Translations under genes and position numbers: made by a program
Source: the human T2T-CHM13v2.0 reference genome, Homo sapiens
Length of the DNA: 64,000 bases
Direction: 5' to 3' (one strand)
Assembly: GCF_009914755.1 (NCBI RefSeq)
Contig: NC_060936.1
Shown here: in pieces, positions 14,891 through 29,165 of the stretch
How positions within the stretch are numbered: the first letter of the stretch is position 1
Layout: every line of letters starts with the position of its first letter
The notes under the pieces: generated by a model
Seen by the model: the letters and a program-made list of their open reading frames with translations, nothing else
Database searches by the model: none
Told to the model about the DNA's origin: nothing

Positions 14891-15939
14891 CCTTAGCATT
14901 CCATTTATGAAACACTTTTCATGTTTCATTTATGTCATAAAGATAGGTAGTCAGATAAACCCAATGTTTAGTTTACCACATATACTGAGTATTAAACAAA
15001 ATGTTGCTTCAAAATTATCTCTCAAAAGAGCTGAAACGGTTTTATGTTCAAACTCCTACAGAATCTCCTATTACATTTATTTTATTTTGAACAAAGTTGT
15101 ATTTGGGGAAGACATTAATAGAAAACATTGTTAATTAAAAACTGGCCTTAAATGTTATTTAGGTCATCTGATGGATACTGTTAAAAAAGGAAACAAGCCT
15201 CTCATGGAAATACTAATTATTTTGGGTGATATATGCTCAAATTTGCCAAAAATCTGTGTTATTTTAAATGGGCCTCTTAGAAATCGCTTTAAATAACAAT
15301 TCAGAAATTTTGTTTTAAAATAGAGAAGTTTTGGCAATCAACCAAAAGAACACAGAGAACAGGAATTAAGACTAAGTGACATATCTAACTCTGAATCAGT
15401 CTGTAATGGAGGGTTCCCAAATGCAGTGACGGTCAACTATGTTTCAAGACAATGAAAAGAGGAAACATGATGGTTACTGATCAAAGGCAAAGTTGGTAAA
15501 GGACAGTTCTTCAACGTAGGTGCCAGACTCTAAAAGCCCTGGCACAATGCGGGTAGAGTGTGCTGGCTGAGTGGGTCCTGCCACCCCTCAGCATGAGCCT
15601 CTTGGATACAGAAAGTCTGGAAAAAACTCACATCATTCAGATGTCAATCAGTCCCAAAGGAACTAGCGTGAGAATTTTGTTACCAAGAAGAAAAAAGGAA
15701 GAAAATAATAGGAAAATCCAGCAGAAGTTGGAAGAGTCCTCCACCAGAAAATGCTACCAAGGATGAGAGGAAAATGATGACCAAACATATTATATTGAAT
15801 TTTTTAAAATTAGGGAAGTAATTGCCTTTTAAAATGAGGTTTCAAAGCAATGAGGTTTCAAAGCAATGGCATAAGAATTCAGAGAGGATGATGTGAGACA
15901 ATAGAAGATGAAACAAGAGATGGTGGACTCAGGGAAGAA

Positions 15940-16620
15940 ACATAGAAGAAAGAAAATTAGATAAATAAAGGTCAAATTGAAATCTCTACAAATATTACTT
16001 GACACACGCCAAAATCCTCAGTATAGATCCTAACTCAATGAGCAGAATTGAAAGCTAATAAGGAATGTAGACATAGAGGACAGAGAAAACCAGCATATAC
16101 ATAATTGTTGTCCCTAAAAAATATAACTAAAGTAATGGAAAATAGAAGTCATGGATTAGGATAAGATTCCAAAAAGACTGAACAGAACAAAGGAAAACTT
16201 GAATTCTTAGATTGAAAGGGCAAATCATGCCTAGAAAATTGACACAAGTCAGTAAACTTAGCAAAATTATTCTACTCAAACTATAAAAAGTATACTTTAT
16301 AAAACTAATTTACCTGGAAAGATGGAAAAAAATAATTTCAGGTTCAGTTTTCTCACTTCTTAGCATCAACAATGTTAAGGCAATAAAGGAATGCCTCCAG
16401 TTTCTTAAGGAAAAAATGTGACCCAATAATTTTAAACTCAGCCTAATTATTGGCCAAGTGTTTTGAAAATAAGCAATTTGGTTGTAGGCTATATCGTTGT
16501 CTTGCCAATTTAGTTTTAGGGTCAAGTTTAAAAGAAATACATAACACCCAATTATAAAGCAGAATGTAGAAATATTCCCAAACCCTAAGAACATAAAAAT
16601 TAAATATAGTGTAAGAAAGT
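15940..16620 (+). mobile_element. Old L1 (L1M) ORF1-region fragment
   Basis: A-rich, with L1 ORF1-like motifs: agattgaaagggc, atgcctccagtttcttaaggaaaa, aataattttaaactcagcc. Confidence 0.5.
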
Positions 16621-17511
16621 AAAATATTTTTATTTTCTCATTTTTTATAGATGAGGGGAGAAGATATCATGTGGTATCTTTATATCATGTGATATATCAT
16701 GTGATATCTTTATATATATCATCTTTATATATCAAGATGATATCTTTTATATATCAAAGATGATAAATAAAATAGGAATATAAGATATTCAAAGAGTTAA
16801 ATATGTTAATAGGAAAAATAATAAAATAGGGTAGTGAAGGGGAAGAAGACAAAAGGGGAGGAAGCAGAAATAAAATTTTGTTGTTTATGCTCATAGTAGG
16901 GAGTAAGTAAAATCTAAATAAATAGAAAATATTAATACATGCCTAAATGAAGTCTAATTATAAAGATAATTAGAACAAAATAGAAACCTTTCATATTTTA
17001 GAAGAATGCACATAAAAAGGTATGATGGTTCTTTGATGCCTAGTTTGTTTATTTTTAACGTGAAGCCATGTTGAATTTTATCAAAAGCCATTTCTGCATC
17101 TATTAAGATGATCACGTGGTAACTTTTTAATTCTGTTCATGTGATCCAGTAAATGGATCGTATTTATTGATTAGCATATAATGAACCAAACTTGCATCCT
17201 AGGAATAAAGCCTACTTGATTGTGGCGGATTAGCTTTTTGATATTCTGCTGGATTTGTTTGCTAGTATTTTGTTGAAGATGTTTGTGTGTATGTTCATCA
17301 GGGATACTGGACTACAGTTTTCTTTTTTCATTGTGACTCTTCAAGGTTTTGGTATCACAATGATGCCGGCCTCATAGAATGAGTTACGGAGATATTCCTC
17401 TTCCTTGATTTTTGGAATAATTTCAGTAGGATTGGTACTAGCTCTTCTTGCATGTCTGATAGAATTTGGCTGTGAATCCATCTGGTCCAGGACTCCTTTG
17501 GAAGTGGTAGC

Positions 17512-17812
<301 letters not shown>

Positions 17813-19816
17813 TTTGTTGTTGTTGTTGTTGTTGTTGTTACTGATTCAATGTTGAAATTTGTTTCGGTCTTCTCAGGATTTCAGTTTCTTCCCGGTTCAA
17901 TCTTGGGAAGTTATATGTTACCAGGAATTTATCCATTTCTTCAAGTGTTTCTAATTTTTATCCATAGAAATGCTTACAGCAGTCTGTGAGGTTCTTCTGT
18001 ATTTCTGTGGGGTCAGTGATAATGTCCCTTTTGTCATTTCTAATTGTGTTGATTTAAATCTCTCTTTTTAACTTAATCTGGGTAGCACTCTATCAATCTT
18101 GTTTACTCTCTTGAAGAACCAACTTTTTGTTTCGTTCATCTTCTGTATGGATTTTCGTGTCTCAAATTTGTTCATTTCAGCTCTGGTTTTGGTTACTCAT
18201 TTCTCCTGCTAGCTTTGGGGTTGGTTTGCTCTTGTTTTTCTAGTCCTCTAGGTATGATGTTAGGTTGTTAATCTGAGATCCTTTTAACTTGATGTAGGTG
18301 ATTAGCACTATGAAATTTCCAGTTAACACTGCCTTAGCTTTGTCCTAGAGATTCTGGTATGCTCTTTCTTTGTCTTCATTTGTTTCATAGAACTTTTTAT
18401 TTGTGCCTTAATTTCACTCTGTACCCAAATGTCATTCAGGAGCAGATTGTTTAAGTTTCATTTAATTGTATGGTTTTGATACATCTTCTTGATATTGATT
18501 TCTATTTGTATAATGTTGTGGTTTGAGAGTGTAGTTGGTATGATTTTTCTTTTTTTGAATTTGTTGAGAATAGCTTTATGGCCAAGCATATGGTTGATAT
18601 TAGAGTATGTGTCATGTGCAGCTGAGAATAATGTATATTCTGTAATAAGAGCCATCTATGGCAAACCCACAGCTAACTTCATGCTTAAGGGGCAAAATAT
18701 GGATGCATTTCCCCTGAGAACCGGAACAAGACAAGGATACCCACTCTCATGACTACTATTCAAAATAGTGCTGGAATTCCTAGCCAAAGCAATCAGGGAA
18801 GAGAAAGAAATAAATAGGAAGAGAGGAAGCCAAATTCTCTCTCTTCTCAGACAATATGATTCTATACTTAGAAAACCCTAAAAGGCTCCTAAACTGATAA
18901 ACAATTTCTGTAAAGTTTCAGGATACAAAATCAGTGTACAAAAATCAGCAGCATTTCTGTATGTCAATAATGTCCAAGCTGAGAGCCAAATTGAGAACAC
19001 AATCTCATTCACAATAGCCTCAAAAAGAAAAAAATACATAGGAATACAGCTAACCAGGCAGGTGGAAGATGTATCTACAATGAGAATTAGAAAACACTTT
19101 TGAAAGAAATCAGAGATGACACAAATGAATAGATAAACATTCTATGTTCATGAATAGGAAGAATCAATATTATTAAAATTGCTGTATTTTCTGCAGCAAT
19201 TTACAGATTCAGTGCTATTTCTACCATTTTTCACAGAATTACCCATAGTCTATTCTAAAATTCGTATGGAACAGTAAAAGAGCCCAAATAGCCAAAGCAA
19301 TCCTAAGCAAACAGCACAAAATCAGAGGCATCACACTACCTGACTTCAAACTACACTACAAATCTACTGTAACCAAAACAGCATATTGGTACAAAAACAA
19401 ATACAGAGACCAGTGGAACAGGTTAGAGAACCCAGAAATAAAACCATACACCTACAACCATCTGATCTTCAACAAAGTTGATAATAACAAGCAATGGGGA
19501 GGGGACTCCCTATTCAATAAATCGTGCTGGGATAACTGGCTAGCCATATGCAGAAGAATGGAACCGGCCCCTTCCTTTCACCATATACAAAAATCAACTC
19601 AAGATGGATTAAAGACTTAAATATAAGATCTAAAACTATAAAAACCCTAGAAGAAAATATAGGAAACACCATTCTGAACATAGGCATTGACAAAAATTTT
19701 ATGACGAAGTTCCCGTAAGCAATTGCAACCAAAACAAAAATGGACATGTGGGACATAAACTAAAGAGCTTCTGCCCAGCAAAATAAACTATCAATGGAGT
19801 AAATGAACAACCTACA

Positions 19817-20169
19817 TGATATGGTTTTGCTGTGTGCCCACCCAAATTTCACCTTGAATTGTAATAACCCTCACATGTCAAGGGAGGTGCCAGTGGAGAT
19901 AATTAATCATGGGGGCAGTTTCCCCCATACTGTTCTTGTGGTAGTGAATAAGACTCACGAGACCTGATGGTTTTATAAATGGGAGTTCCCCTGTATAAGC
20001 TCTCTTGTTTGTTGCTATGTAAGTCATACTTTTGCTTCTCCTTTGCCTTCTGCCATGATTGTGAGACCTTCCCAGCCATGTGGAACTGTGAGTCCATTAA
20101 ACCTCTTCCTTTATAAATTACCCAGTCTTGGGTATGTCTTTATTAGCAGTGTGAGAACAGATGAATACA
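19817..20169 (+). mobile_element. THE1 (THE1C-like) solo LTR nested in the L1
   Basis: TG..CA termini (tgatatggttt..gaataca) with 5-bp TSD ctaca (19812-16 and 20170-74). Confidence 0.95.
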
Positions 20170-20612
20170 CTACAGAATAGGATAAAATACTTGCAAAATA
20201 TCCATCTGACAAAGGTCTGGTAGCCAGAATTTATAGGGAACTTAAATAAATCAACAAGCAAGAAAACAAATATATAATCTCATTAAAAAATGGGCAAAGG
20301 ACATGAACAGACACTTATCAAAGGAAGACATACACATGGCCAACAAGCATATGAAGAAAAAAGCTCAACATCACTAATCATTAGAGAAATGCAAATCAAA
20401 CCACAATAAGATACCATCTCACACTAGTTAGAATGGCTATTAAAAAGAAAAAAAATGACAGATGCCAGCTGGGCTGCAGAGAAAAATGAATGCCTATATG
20501 CTGCTGGTGGGAATGTAAATGAGTTCAGCCACTGTGAGAAGCAGTTTGGAGATTTCACAAAGAACTTAAAATAGAACTAATATTTGACCTTCCAATCCCA
20601 TTACTGGGCATA

Positions 20613-21160
20613 TGCCGAGACCAGCTCTGTCGTGGAGACCCTAACCCAGAGAAGCTGAAGGAATTAAGACAAAGACACAGAAATGGAGTGCAAAGTGGGA
20701 ATCAGGGGGCTGACAGCCTTCAGAGCTGAGAGCCATGAACAAAGTTTGACCCACATATTTATTGACAGCAAGCCAATGGTAAGCATTATTTCTTTTAATT
20801 TTATTTTATTTTATTATTTTTTTATTATACTTTAAGTTCTAGGGTACATGTGCACAACGTTAGATTAGCTAAAAGCATTCCTTATGGGAAACAAAGGGAC
20901 AGGCTCTGCCTTGTTATCTGCAGCAGGAACATGTCCTTAAGACACAGCTCGCTCATGCTATTGTTTGTGGTTTAGGAATGCCTTGAGCAGTTTTCTGCCC
21001 TGGGTGGGCCAGGTTTTCCTTGCCGTCATTCCGGTAAACCAACAACCTCCAGCGTGGGCATCATAACCATCATGAGCATGTCACAGTGCTGCAGAGATCT
21101 TGTTTATGGCCAGTTTCTCATGGCCTGTTTATGGCCAGATTTGGGGGCCTGTTCCCAGCA
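20613..21160 (-). mobile_element. MER9 (HERV-K9/HML-3) solo LTR nested in the L1
   Basis: Minus strand starts tgctgggaacaggcccccaaatctggccataaac; 6-bp TSD ggcata (20607-12 and 21161-66). Confidence 0.88.
20793..20860 (-). mobile_element. Very short young L1PA 3' terminus inside MER9
   Basis: T-rich tail plus ttattatactttaagttctagggtacatgtgcacaacgt. Confidence 0.85.
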
Positions 21161-24100
21161 GGCATATGCCTAAAGGATATAAATTGTTGTACCATAAAGA
21201 CAAATGCACATGGATGTTTATTGCAGCACTATTCACAATAGCAAGATGTGGAATCAACCTAAATGCCTATCAGTGGTGGACTGGATAAAGAAAATGTAAT
21301 ACATAAATACCATCAAGTACTATGCAGCCATAAAAAATAATGAAATCATGTCCTTTGCAGCAACATGGATGCAGCTAGAGACTATTATCCTAAGCAAATT
21401 AATAAAGGAACAGAAAACCAAATACTGCATATTCTAACTTATAAGTGGCATCTAAACATTGAATATATGGAGGCACAATGATGGGAACAACAGACACAAG
21501 GGCCTACTTGAGTGGGGAGGGTGAGAGGAGGGTGAGGACCAAAAACTTCCACCTATCGGATACTATGCTCACTACCTGAGTGATGAAATCACTTGTACAG
21601 CAAACCCCAGTGACACACAATCTACCCATGCAACAAACCTGCACATGTACTCCCTGAACTGAAAAGTCAAAAAAATTTTTAAAAAGGTATGATGGACAAT
21701 TAAAGCAAGAAGAAACTATCTAAACAGCTTTATATGTGCTAATATTGAATGAAGTCAGTATATTGTTAAGTAGAAATAAATAAAATGACAAACTATCAAA
21801 TAAAATTTTATCTATTATGTTCATTAATATCCTTTATGTATATGCTTGTTTATTGATAGAATAACATTTGTTTATCTTAAATGATACTCCACCAATTAGT
21901 GGCTACCTCAAGAGTGACACTACATAGCCATAGTTATTTTTCTATTTTGGTCTTGTATCCCTAATAAATCAATATTTTACATGAATATCACATGCTTAGC
22001 ATACAACTATATCAAATATGACTTTAGATACAGTATATGTAGTACCTGCGTGGGAATTAGCTTGTAATCAGGCTAAGAAGATAAGAATGGCAAAAGTAGA
22101 GAATCATACAGAATGTCAATTAATACTCAGTTTTGTCACACAAATATTTTATGAAGCCCTCTTAGACGACTGCAGCCTTCAGTGACCTCCTTCCTCTGAT
22201 TTTTAATAGCAATTATAGACTGTATCATAGTTCAACATTAAATTATGTCTTTATCATTTTCTAATAGTTCAGTATATGATAGTCTTGTCTTTATAGAAAA
22301 GATTGATTGTCAAATCCTTTGACTCTAAATTCATTTGTGTGTTGTATTACTGATGTGAAGCAAAGTGATGGGATAGAAATCTCAGATACGAACAACAACA
22401 CACCAATAATTATTATACCACCTGCTAATATACATATTTTGTGCTCATAGGTGATTAATAAGAAAACAAGGTGCAGAGAGGTTAATTACCTTGCCCTAAA
22501 TAAAAAAAAAAAACCTACTAAGAAATATATTTAGGGTTAGAACCCAGGCAGGCTGGCTCTGGAAATAGTGCACATAATGGTATAGATGTGTGACCTTGCT
22601 CTGTTATTTAACTTCATTGACTTCTCTTCCTCCATTGCTGAAAGGTGGAAAATAATGACTTACTTTACAAAGTTGCTGTGACTCTTAATAAGAAAAATCC
22701 ATTAAGAGCTTTGTAATCCATGAAGCTGTATAGCAAATGTGAAGTATAACTCTCATCATTGCTATTTTCATGCTGTTGTTGCCTGGCATCATATAGGCTC
22801 ACCTCAAAGGAAAGCAAAGATTTCACTTAGATTTCTGTAGAGATAATTGTTTTTTACAATCATTTACTGACTTTTAAACCTCAAAATGCATGTTTTTGCT
22901 CAGATTGTACAATATGTATTCTAAAATAAGTTATATTCTATTGAAAAAGATTATCTGACAAGCCATGATGCGGTGAGTGCCATAATGAGGTTCTGAGTTC
23001 TGTACAGAGACCTAGTAGAGAGGAAAGGGGAAGGGAAGGATTCTGAGACTCAAAGAGTTATGCACATTTCTCCCAGCATAGAAAGATTTGCAATTTCAAA
23101 TTCTAATACCTGCCTGTGAGAGAGGTATTCACAGGTTTTGTGTATTTATGCTACACAGAAACCTCATGGCATTGTCTTTAGTCTCCCTTTCTGGCATCTT
23201 TTCCCACAAAGACTGTCCTTGACCAACACCAGAAATGAATTTGATTTCTCTAATGCAGGAGATAATTGGATTTTTCTTTATGGAATGCATACCTTTAATG
23301 ACTGTCTCTGCTTCTGCCAATTTAGCTACAAGTGACCTGACATTGATCTGATAATATGACTTAAAAAATAAAGAGTTCGAGCTGGAGGTGGCAAAGATCA
23401 GCTGCCTGGCATCAGAAAGAATGTTTTTTTTTTTTTTTTTTTTTTTGCTTCATCTAACCATTTTCCTGAGAAAATGCTTTATCCTTGAATGTCATTTTTA
23501 CACAACATGCAGCTGTAGTAATTGGTCATACAGCAGCAGATTGTCTCCTTCTAGAAAATATAATAAGTATTTCCCAGAAAGTGCCCTGGAGAAAACATTG
23601 AAAATTGAATAAAACCCACCCAGTAATCATTCTGTTCCTTGGAAATATTTATTACCATGTTGATTCTTTCTGGAACAGGATAAATATTGCCTAAGAGAAT
23701 TAATTAAATCTTTTAAAAGTCTAATGCAACAAGAAATATTTATTTACCTATTTATTCATGTAACCTTTAGGTTTTGTTAAAATATTTGACACTAGACCTG
23801 TTATTAAAGAAGGTTATAAAGGAACAGTGGCTGAAATTGTTGTATTTGGAAAAAACAGCAATTTCTTCCTCTAGAGAAGTTACGATATAAAGCTCTTTTT
23901 ATACCTAAGAGTATGTGAGATTTAAATTTCTCTATTTTCAACTTTATTCTTTTTTTCCAGTAACAATGTAATTCACTTGATTCATGGTTAATTTTTATTC
24001 TATCATCTTCCCCTTACTCCTTTTGATAAGTATCATGAATCATTTTGATGGAAAATACAATCCATGGGCATTAGTTTGAGTGAGAAAATATAATCCTGTA

Positions 24101-25987
24101 ATTTAAAAGGATCAAGAAGAAAATAAACAGTTGAAAAAATCATCGATGAACTAGTTTCTCTTTAAAAATAAGCAAAAAGTGTTTTCCTTTTTGAATTCTT
24201 AATATTAGTTGCATTCACATTTATATAGTGATTGACAGTTTAAAGAGAAATGAACTGAAAGTTTATATTAAAACCATGCATGATTGTTGAATCTTTTTTG
24301 ATTCAACAATGAAGCCACAAATTATTGTAGGCCCTATGTTAGATAGAGCCTACATAAATCTGTAGTGTTACTCAGTGAAGGGGAATGGACTAACTTTGGT
24401 TTTCATCAACCAAGAGAATCTTGGGAACTCTATTCCTAGAAATGACATTGAGAAATAATATGAAGAATTAAAATCAGATCTTTCCTGAAAACTGGAATCC
24501 TTATCCACCATTCTGATTGTGTCACCTAAGTGAGCATGTGAAGCATTGACATGCCGGTGAATGTTTCCAGAGACCATTTTGGATGACCCTGCTTGAGAAT
24601 TGATGTGCCTTCCACAGGAAGTCCGGTATTATTGAAGGGGTCACTGATCTAAAAGGACTCCCCACTGAATCACAATCTTTCATCATAAATGATTAAATTT
24701 CACCCATTTCAAGGCCACTGTTCAAAGCTATACTCAAATGCAATGATAAAGCTTTAAGCACAAGAGAAAAATTTATTTTAGTGGATGACGAAAATTCTCT
24801 CTTACTCAATGCAGTAAACCTCATTTCGTTTCTGTTTTCATAATTTTGAATCTGTCTTGTCTGGATTTGAACATTATTAATTAAAATCATAAGTAATGGA
24901 ATGGTGTTCTCTTCTCTTGAAGGGAAGGCAGATTTTCTGGGAGTGGAAAAAATGTGCATGTGTATAACATACACACACATTTATGTAACACTTTTTTAAA
25001 GGAAATTTATTCTCCATCCTCATTGGATTTTTAAAATACCTTTCTAATAGATTAACTATTTATAATACTTTGGGCTTCTGCTGAAACCATTAATATGTGA
25101 TGTGGTAGATGAGAAATGTACTTTGTTAATGGATCTTTAAAAACAGGCATTTATATCTTAATTTATTTTATCATTTCTTCTTGAACAAATATTTTGGTCT
25201 AGTATATAAAAATCCCTTTGACATTCTTAGAAGAGGTAGAAAGATCTTCACTGGCAAGGATTTCAAAGCCTAGTGAAGAGAGAAAAAAGCATATAAGTAA
25301 GTAAAAGAGAAGGTAGAAGGTGATACATGACATGAGAAGGATGGGTCAAGAACCACAAGTTTTCTATAAGTGGGAGAGAACAGTGAAGACATCACAATAG
25401 TAATATGACTTAGGCCTCGGAAGATGGGCAGAATCTGTGCAGGTGAGGAAAAGAGGAAGAACATTTTTAGATGAAGGCACAGAATTGTGGGTGAGAGAAT
25501 GCTAGCTAATTAGAATAAATATGCTGTAGAACTGGGTACGAGTACTTTACCACACATATAGCTGGAAGAAGTAAGGAAGAGGAAAAGAGAAGATAATATT
25601 TTGATTAATGATATCGCTAAAAATCTAGACATCAGGGAATGCTTGAGTTTTGGATTTAGACAAACTTTAAAAGAATATAGTATTTTATTTGTTACATATG
25701 CTTTGTTTCTATGGTACTGTCTTATATCCGGTAATCTTAATATTTAAAAAATTCTTAATATCTGACATGTTGAATGACTTTAAATGTGCTCATTCTGTAT
25801 GTACAGTCGAAGAAACTATTAAAGTTTTTAATTGAATGAAGTATATCCTAATTTTTGTTTCTGCATATGTTATAATGTTAAAACGTATACTTATTCTGTT
25901 CTCAATAGAATGTAAATTATAGGCTTATAGTTAAATCTGATTTTAAGATTTCTGAAAGTGCTGAATAAGTTCCTTTCATTGCTTCAG

Positions 25988-26085
25988 GTCACTGATATGA
26001 TGCTTCAGGACAAACCCTATCCTGACTGGGGAAAATCAGCAAGAGCTTTCTGGAAGAAAGGAAATGTTAGGATCACTTTATTCTG
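25988..26085 (+). CDS. TMEM117: TMEM117 internal coding exon (98 nt, phase 0 to phase 2; about residues 171-203, probably exon 5)
   Basis: Acceptor ttcctttcattgcttcAG (AG at 25986-87) and donor TG|GTAGGA (GT at 26086). Translation VTDMMLQDKPYPDWGKSARAFWKKGNVRITLF(W) matches the recalled human TMEM117 protein. Absent from the ORF track because it is short. Confidence 0.96.
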
Positions 26086-26785
26086 GTAGGAAATTGTTTC
26101 ACTTATTTATTTCTGCCTTGCCTCATTCACTGAAGGACTTTAGTTGGATGTAATTTTCCTTACAATTATAGAATTCTATCTAGAGGGACATTTTTGGTAG
26201 CTACTATGCTCCATTAAAACCATTATCCTAATTATTTTATGAATTAATTTCTTCTTACATATTGTGTATATTCACATTTATAAAACAGAAGTTTTGCTAA
26301 TATAGTGATAGAATTAAGATTTGACCAGAGGTAAGTTCTTGACTCAGCAAAAACAAGCTGTAATTTTCATCAGTAAAATCTGATAGATGAAACTGTCTCC
26401 TATAAATACTAAATTGCCTAGTATATTTGACAGGATATGATTTTGCTCTGAGAAGTGATAAAGAAAAGGAACCTCTTTATAAATCACATCTTCTACATTG
26501 GCATTTCTTCTTTATGTAGTTTCGTTTAGCTCTCCAGCCCAATCTTTGCAATTAAAAAACAATCCATGTCTTATGGAACTTTGTTTTTTGTGAAGTCACC
26601 ATTATTTATGTGTACGTGAACAAGTTCAAACAGAAAAGATAGGAATGGAGAGGCAGCAAGAAGGGCACTTTCACGTGGCTGTGGGACACTCCCCAAGCAC
26701 AATGATTCTGTGTGATATAATATACAGTTGAATAATTATATAATCCCAAGAAAAGTTATGTAAACTAACACTTATAAATGTTCTA

Positions 26786-27393
26786 CAGTATTTCCCCCTT
26801 ATCTATGGTTTTGCTTTCCCTGGTTTCAGTTACCCTTGGTCGACTGCAGTCTGAAAATATTAAATGGAATGTTCCAGAAATAAACCATACATACATTTTA
26901 AATTGTGTGCTGTTCTGAGTAGTGTGATGAAGCCTCATACCCTCCCGGGAGATCAATCGTCTCTTTGTCTAGCGTCTATCCATGCTGTCGATGCTACCTG
27001 CCCTTTAGTTACTTAGTAGCTATCTCACTTATCAGATCTATTGTTAAGGTATTGCAGTGCTGTGTCCAAGTGATCCTTATTTTAGTTAATGATGGCCCCA
27101 AAGCACAAGAGTATTGATGCTGGCAATTTGGGTTAAGCCAAAGAGAAGTGATATGGCTTCCTTTAAGTGAAAAGGTGAAAGTTCTCTACTTAATAAGGAA
27201 AGAAAAAAGATCATACACTGAGGTTAACATATCGTATGCTGAGAAATATGGTAAGAATGGATCTTCTGTCCCTGCAATTGTAAAGAAGGAAAAATGTTTG
27301 TGCATAGGATATATAGGGTTTAATACTATCCAGGACTTCAAGTATCCACTGGGGGTCTTGGAATGTACGCCCACCAGATAAGGGGGACTACTG
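26786..27393 (+). mobile_element. MER44 (Tigger7-derived) MITE
   Basis: TIRs cagtatttcccccttatc and gataagggggactactg, flanked by TA. Confidence 0.88.
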
Positions 27394-28231
27394 TAATTGA
27401 TTATAGCTGGCTCTGATGTATATTATCCTGTATACCTGCCTTTTGAAACAAAAGAGAAAAAAATCTGTTTATTCTTGGATTTAATTCTGGCGGTTGATTT
27501 TTTTTTTAATGCAAAAGCTTCAAAAATCATAGTAACTAAGTACTTGAGGAAAATATACACTCTATGTTATCTTTTGTGCTTTAGTACTATCATTAAATGT
27601 TGCTGGAGATATAGGACATGTTGAACTCAATTCTTAACAGGTAAACAAAAGTGGATTTTCAATACTGTTATGAAAATGAATATGATTTTTTAGCTGTGTA
27701 TTCACACCTCATCTTCATGGGTCACATGTGGCCTATGGTACTATTTAACCTCCATCTTTTTTCCTATTTGTAAACTTCCCATATAGCTTTTCTGAATAAT
27801 ATATAATTTAATGATTATAAGAAATATTTATTGATAGTATGTTTTGCTTGAGGCAGCAGGCCAAAGACTTTACATCCTATATCTTTATTTATTTAATCAT
27901 GACAATCCCATAAGATAGGTGCTATTGTTATAGGCATAGTTCTCTGACTCCAGAGCCCTAGTTTGTAATTATTACACTAGGACTGCCTCTAGGAGAACAA
28001 AAGATACATCAGTGTGCAAATTTCCAAATGATTAATGTTCATTCTTGTTTAGGTAGGGTGCTAAAGAAGAACATACAGTTCTTGGGAGCCCTCTTCCCTA
28101 CAAAATTCCCCACATGGGTTTTAAAAGTCAGAATTTGAAAGGAGGTAAACTAATATCAAATGTGTTTATGGATGGTCTCTCTTAAAACAATATTTATTTA
28201 CTATGTTTACACATGTTTCTTATTAGTGTAC

Positions 28232-28603
28232 TGATACGGTCTCACTCTATGTCCCCACCCAAATCTCATCTTGAATTGTAGTTCCCATAATCCCCACTTG
28301 TCGTGGGAGGGACCCAGTGGGAGGTAATTGAATCATGGGGGCGGTCACCCCCTTGCTGTTCACGTGATAGTGAGGTCTCAAGAGATCTGATGGTTTTATA
28401 AGGGGCTTTTCCACGTTTGTTTGGCACTTCTCTCTCCTGCTGCCATGTGAAGAAGGACGTGTTTGCTTCCCCTTCAGCTGTGATTGTAAGTTTTCTGACG
28501 CCTTCCCAGCCATGCGGAATGGTGGGTCATTTAAACCTCTTTTCTTTATAAATTACCCGTTCTTGGGTATTTCTTCACAGCAGCATGAGAATGGAGTAAT
28601 ACA
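28232..28603 (+). mobile_element. THE1 (THE1D-like) solo LTR
   Basis: tgatacggt..gtccccacccaaatctcatcttgaattgtag..taataca; near-TSD tgtac/tgtat. Confidence 0.94.
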
Positions 28604-28766
28604 TGTATCTTCAAAGGTAGCTGATTGATGACTGTTCTCTGCTAGTTACCAAGGTCACATGTATACTATTTGCAAGGGTAAGCCATGTATTCTATAGGCC
28701 CCTATGATTGTTGTCATTAGCTGTTCTTAATCATGATTGCTGTTTCAGAGGAGAGAAATCCATTAA

Positions 28767-29165
<399 letters not shown>

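Noticed and set aside
18458-19756. L1 ORF2-like ORFs (also 33203-33475, 59866-60111)
   Set aside because: Short fragments of degenerate L1 with stops and frameshifts; no intact retrotransposase.
26066-26071. GTTAGG as the exon's donor
   Set aside because: The TMEM117 peptide continues VRITLFW, so the donor is the GT at 26086.
28232-28603. Second sense THE1 as an alternative first exon
   Set aside because: Canonical donor is degraded (ggaatg|gtgggt) and the next acceptor is outside the window, so it cannot be assessed.
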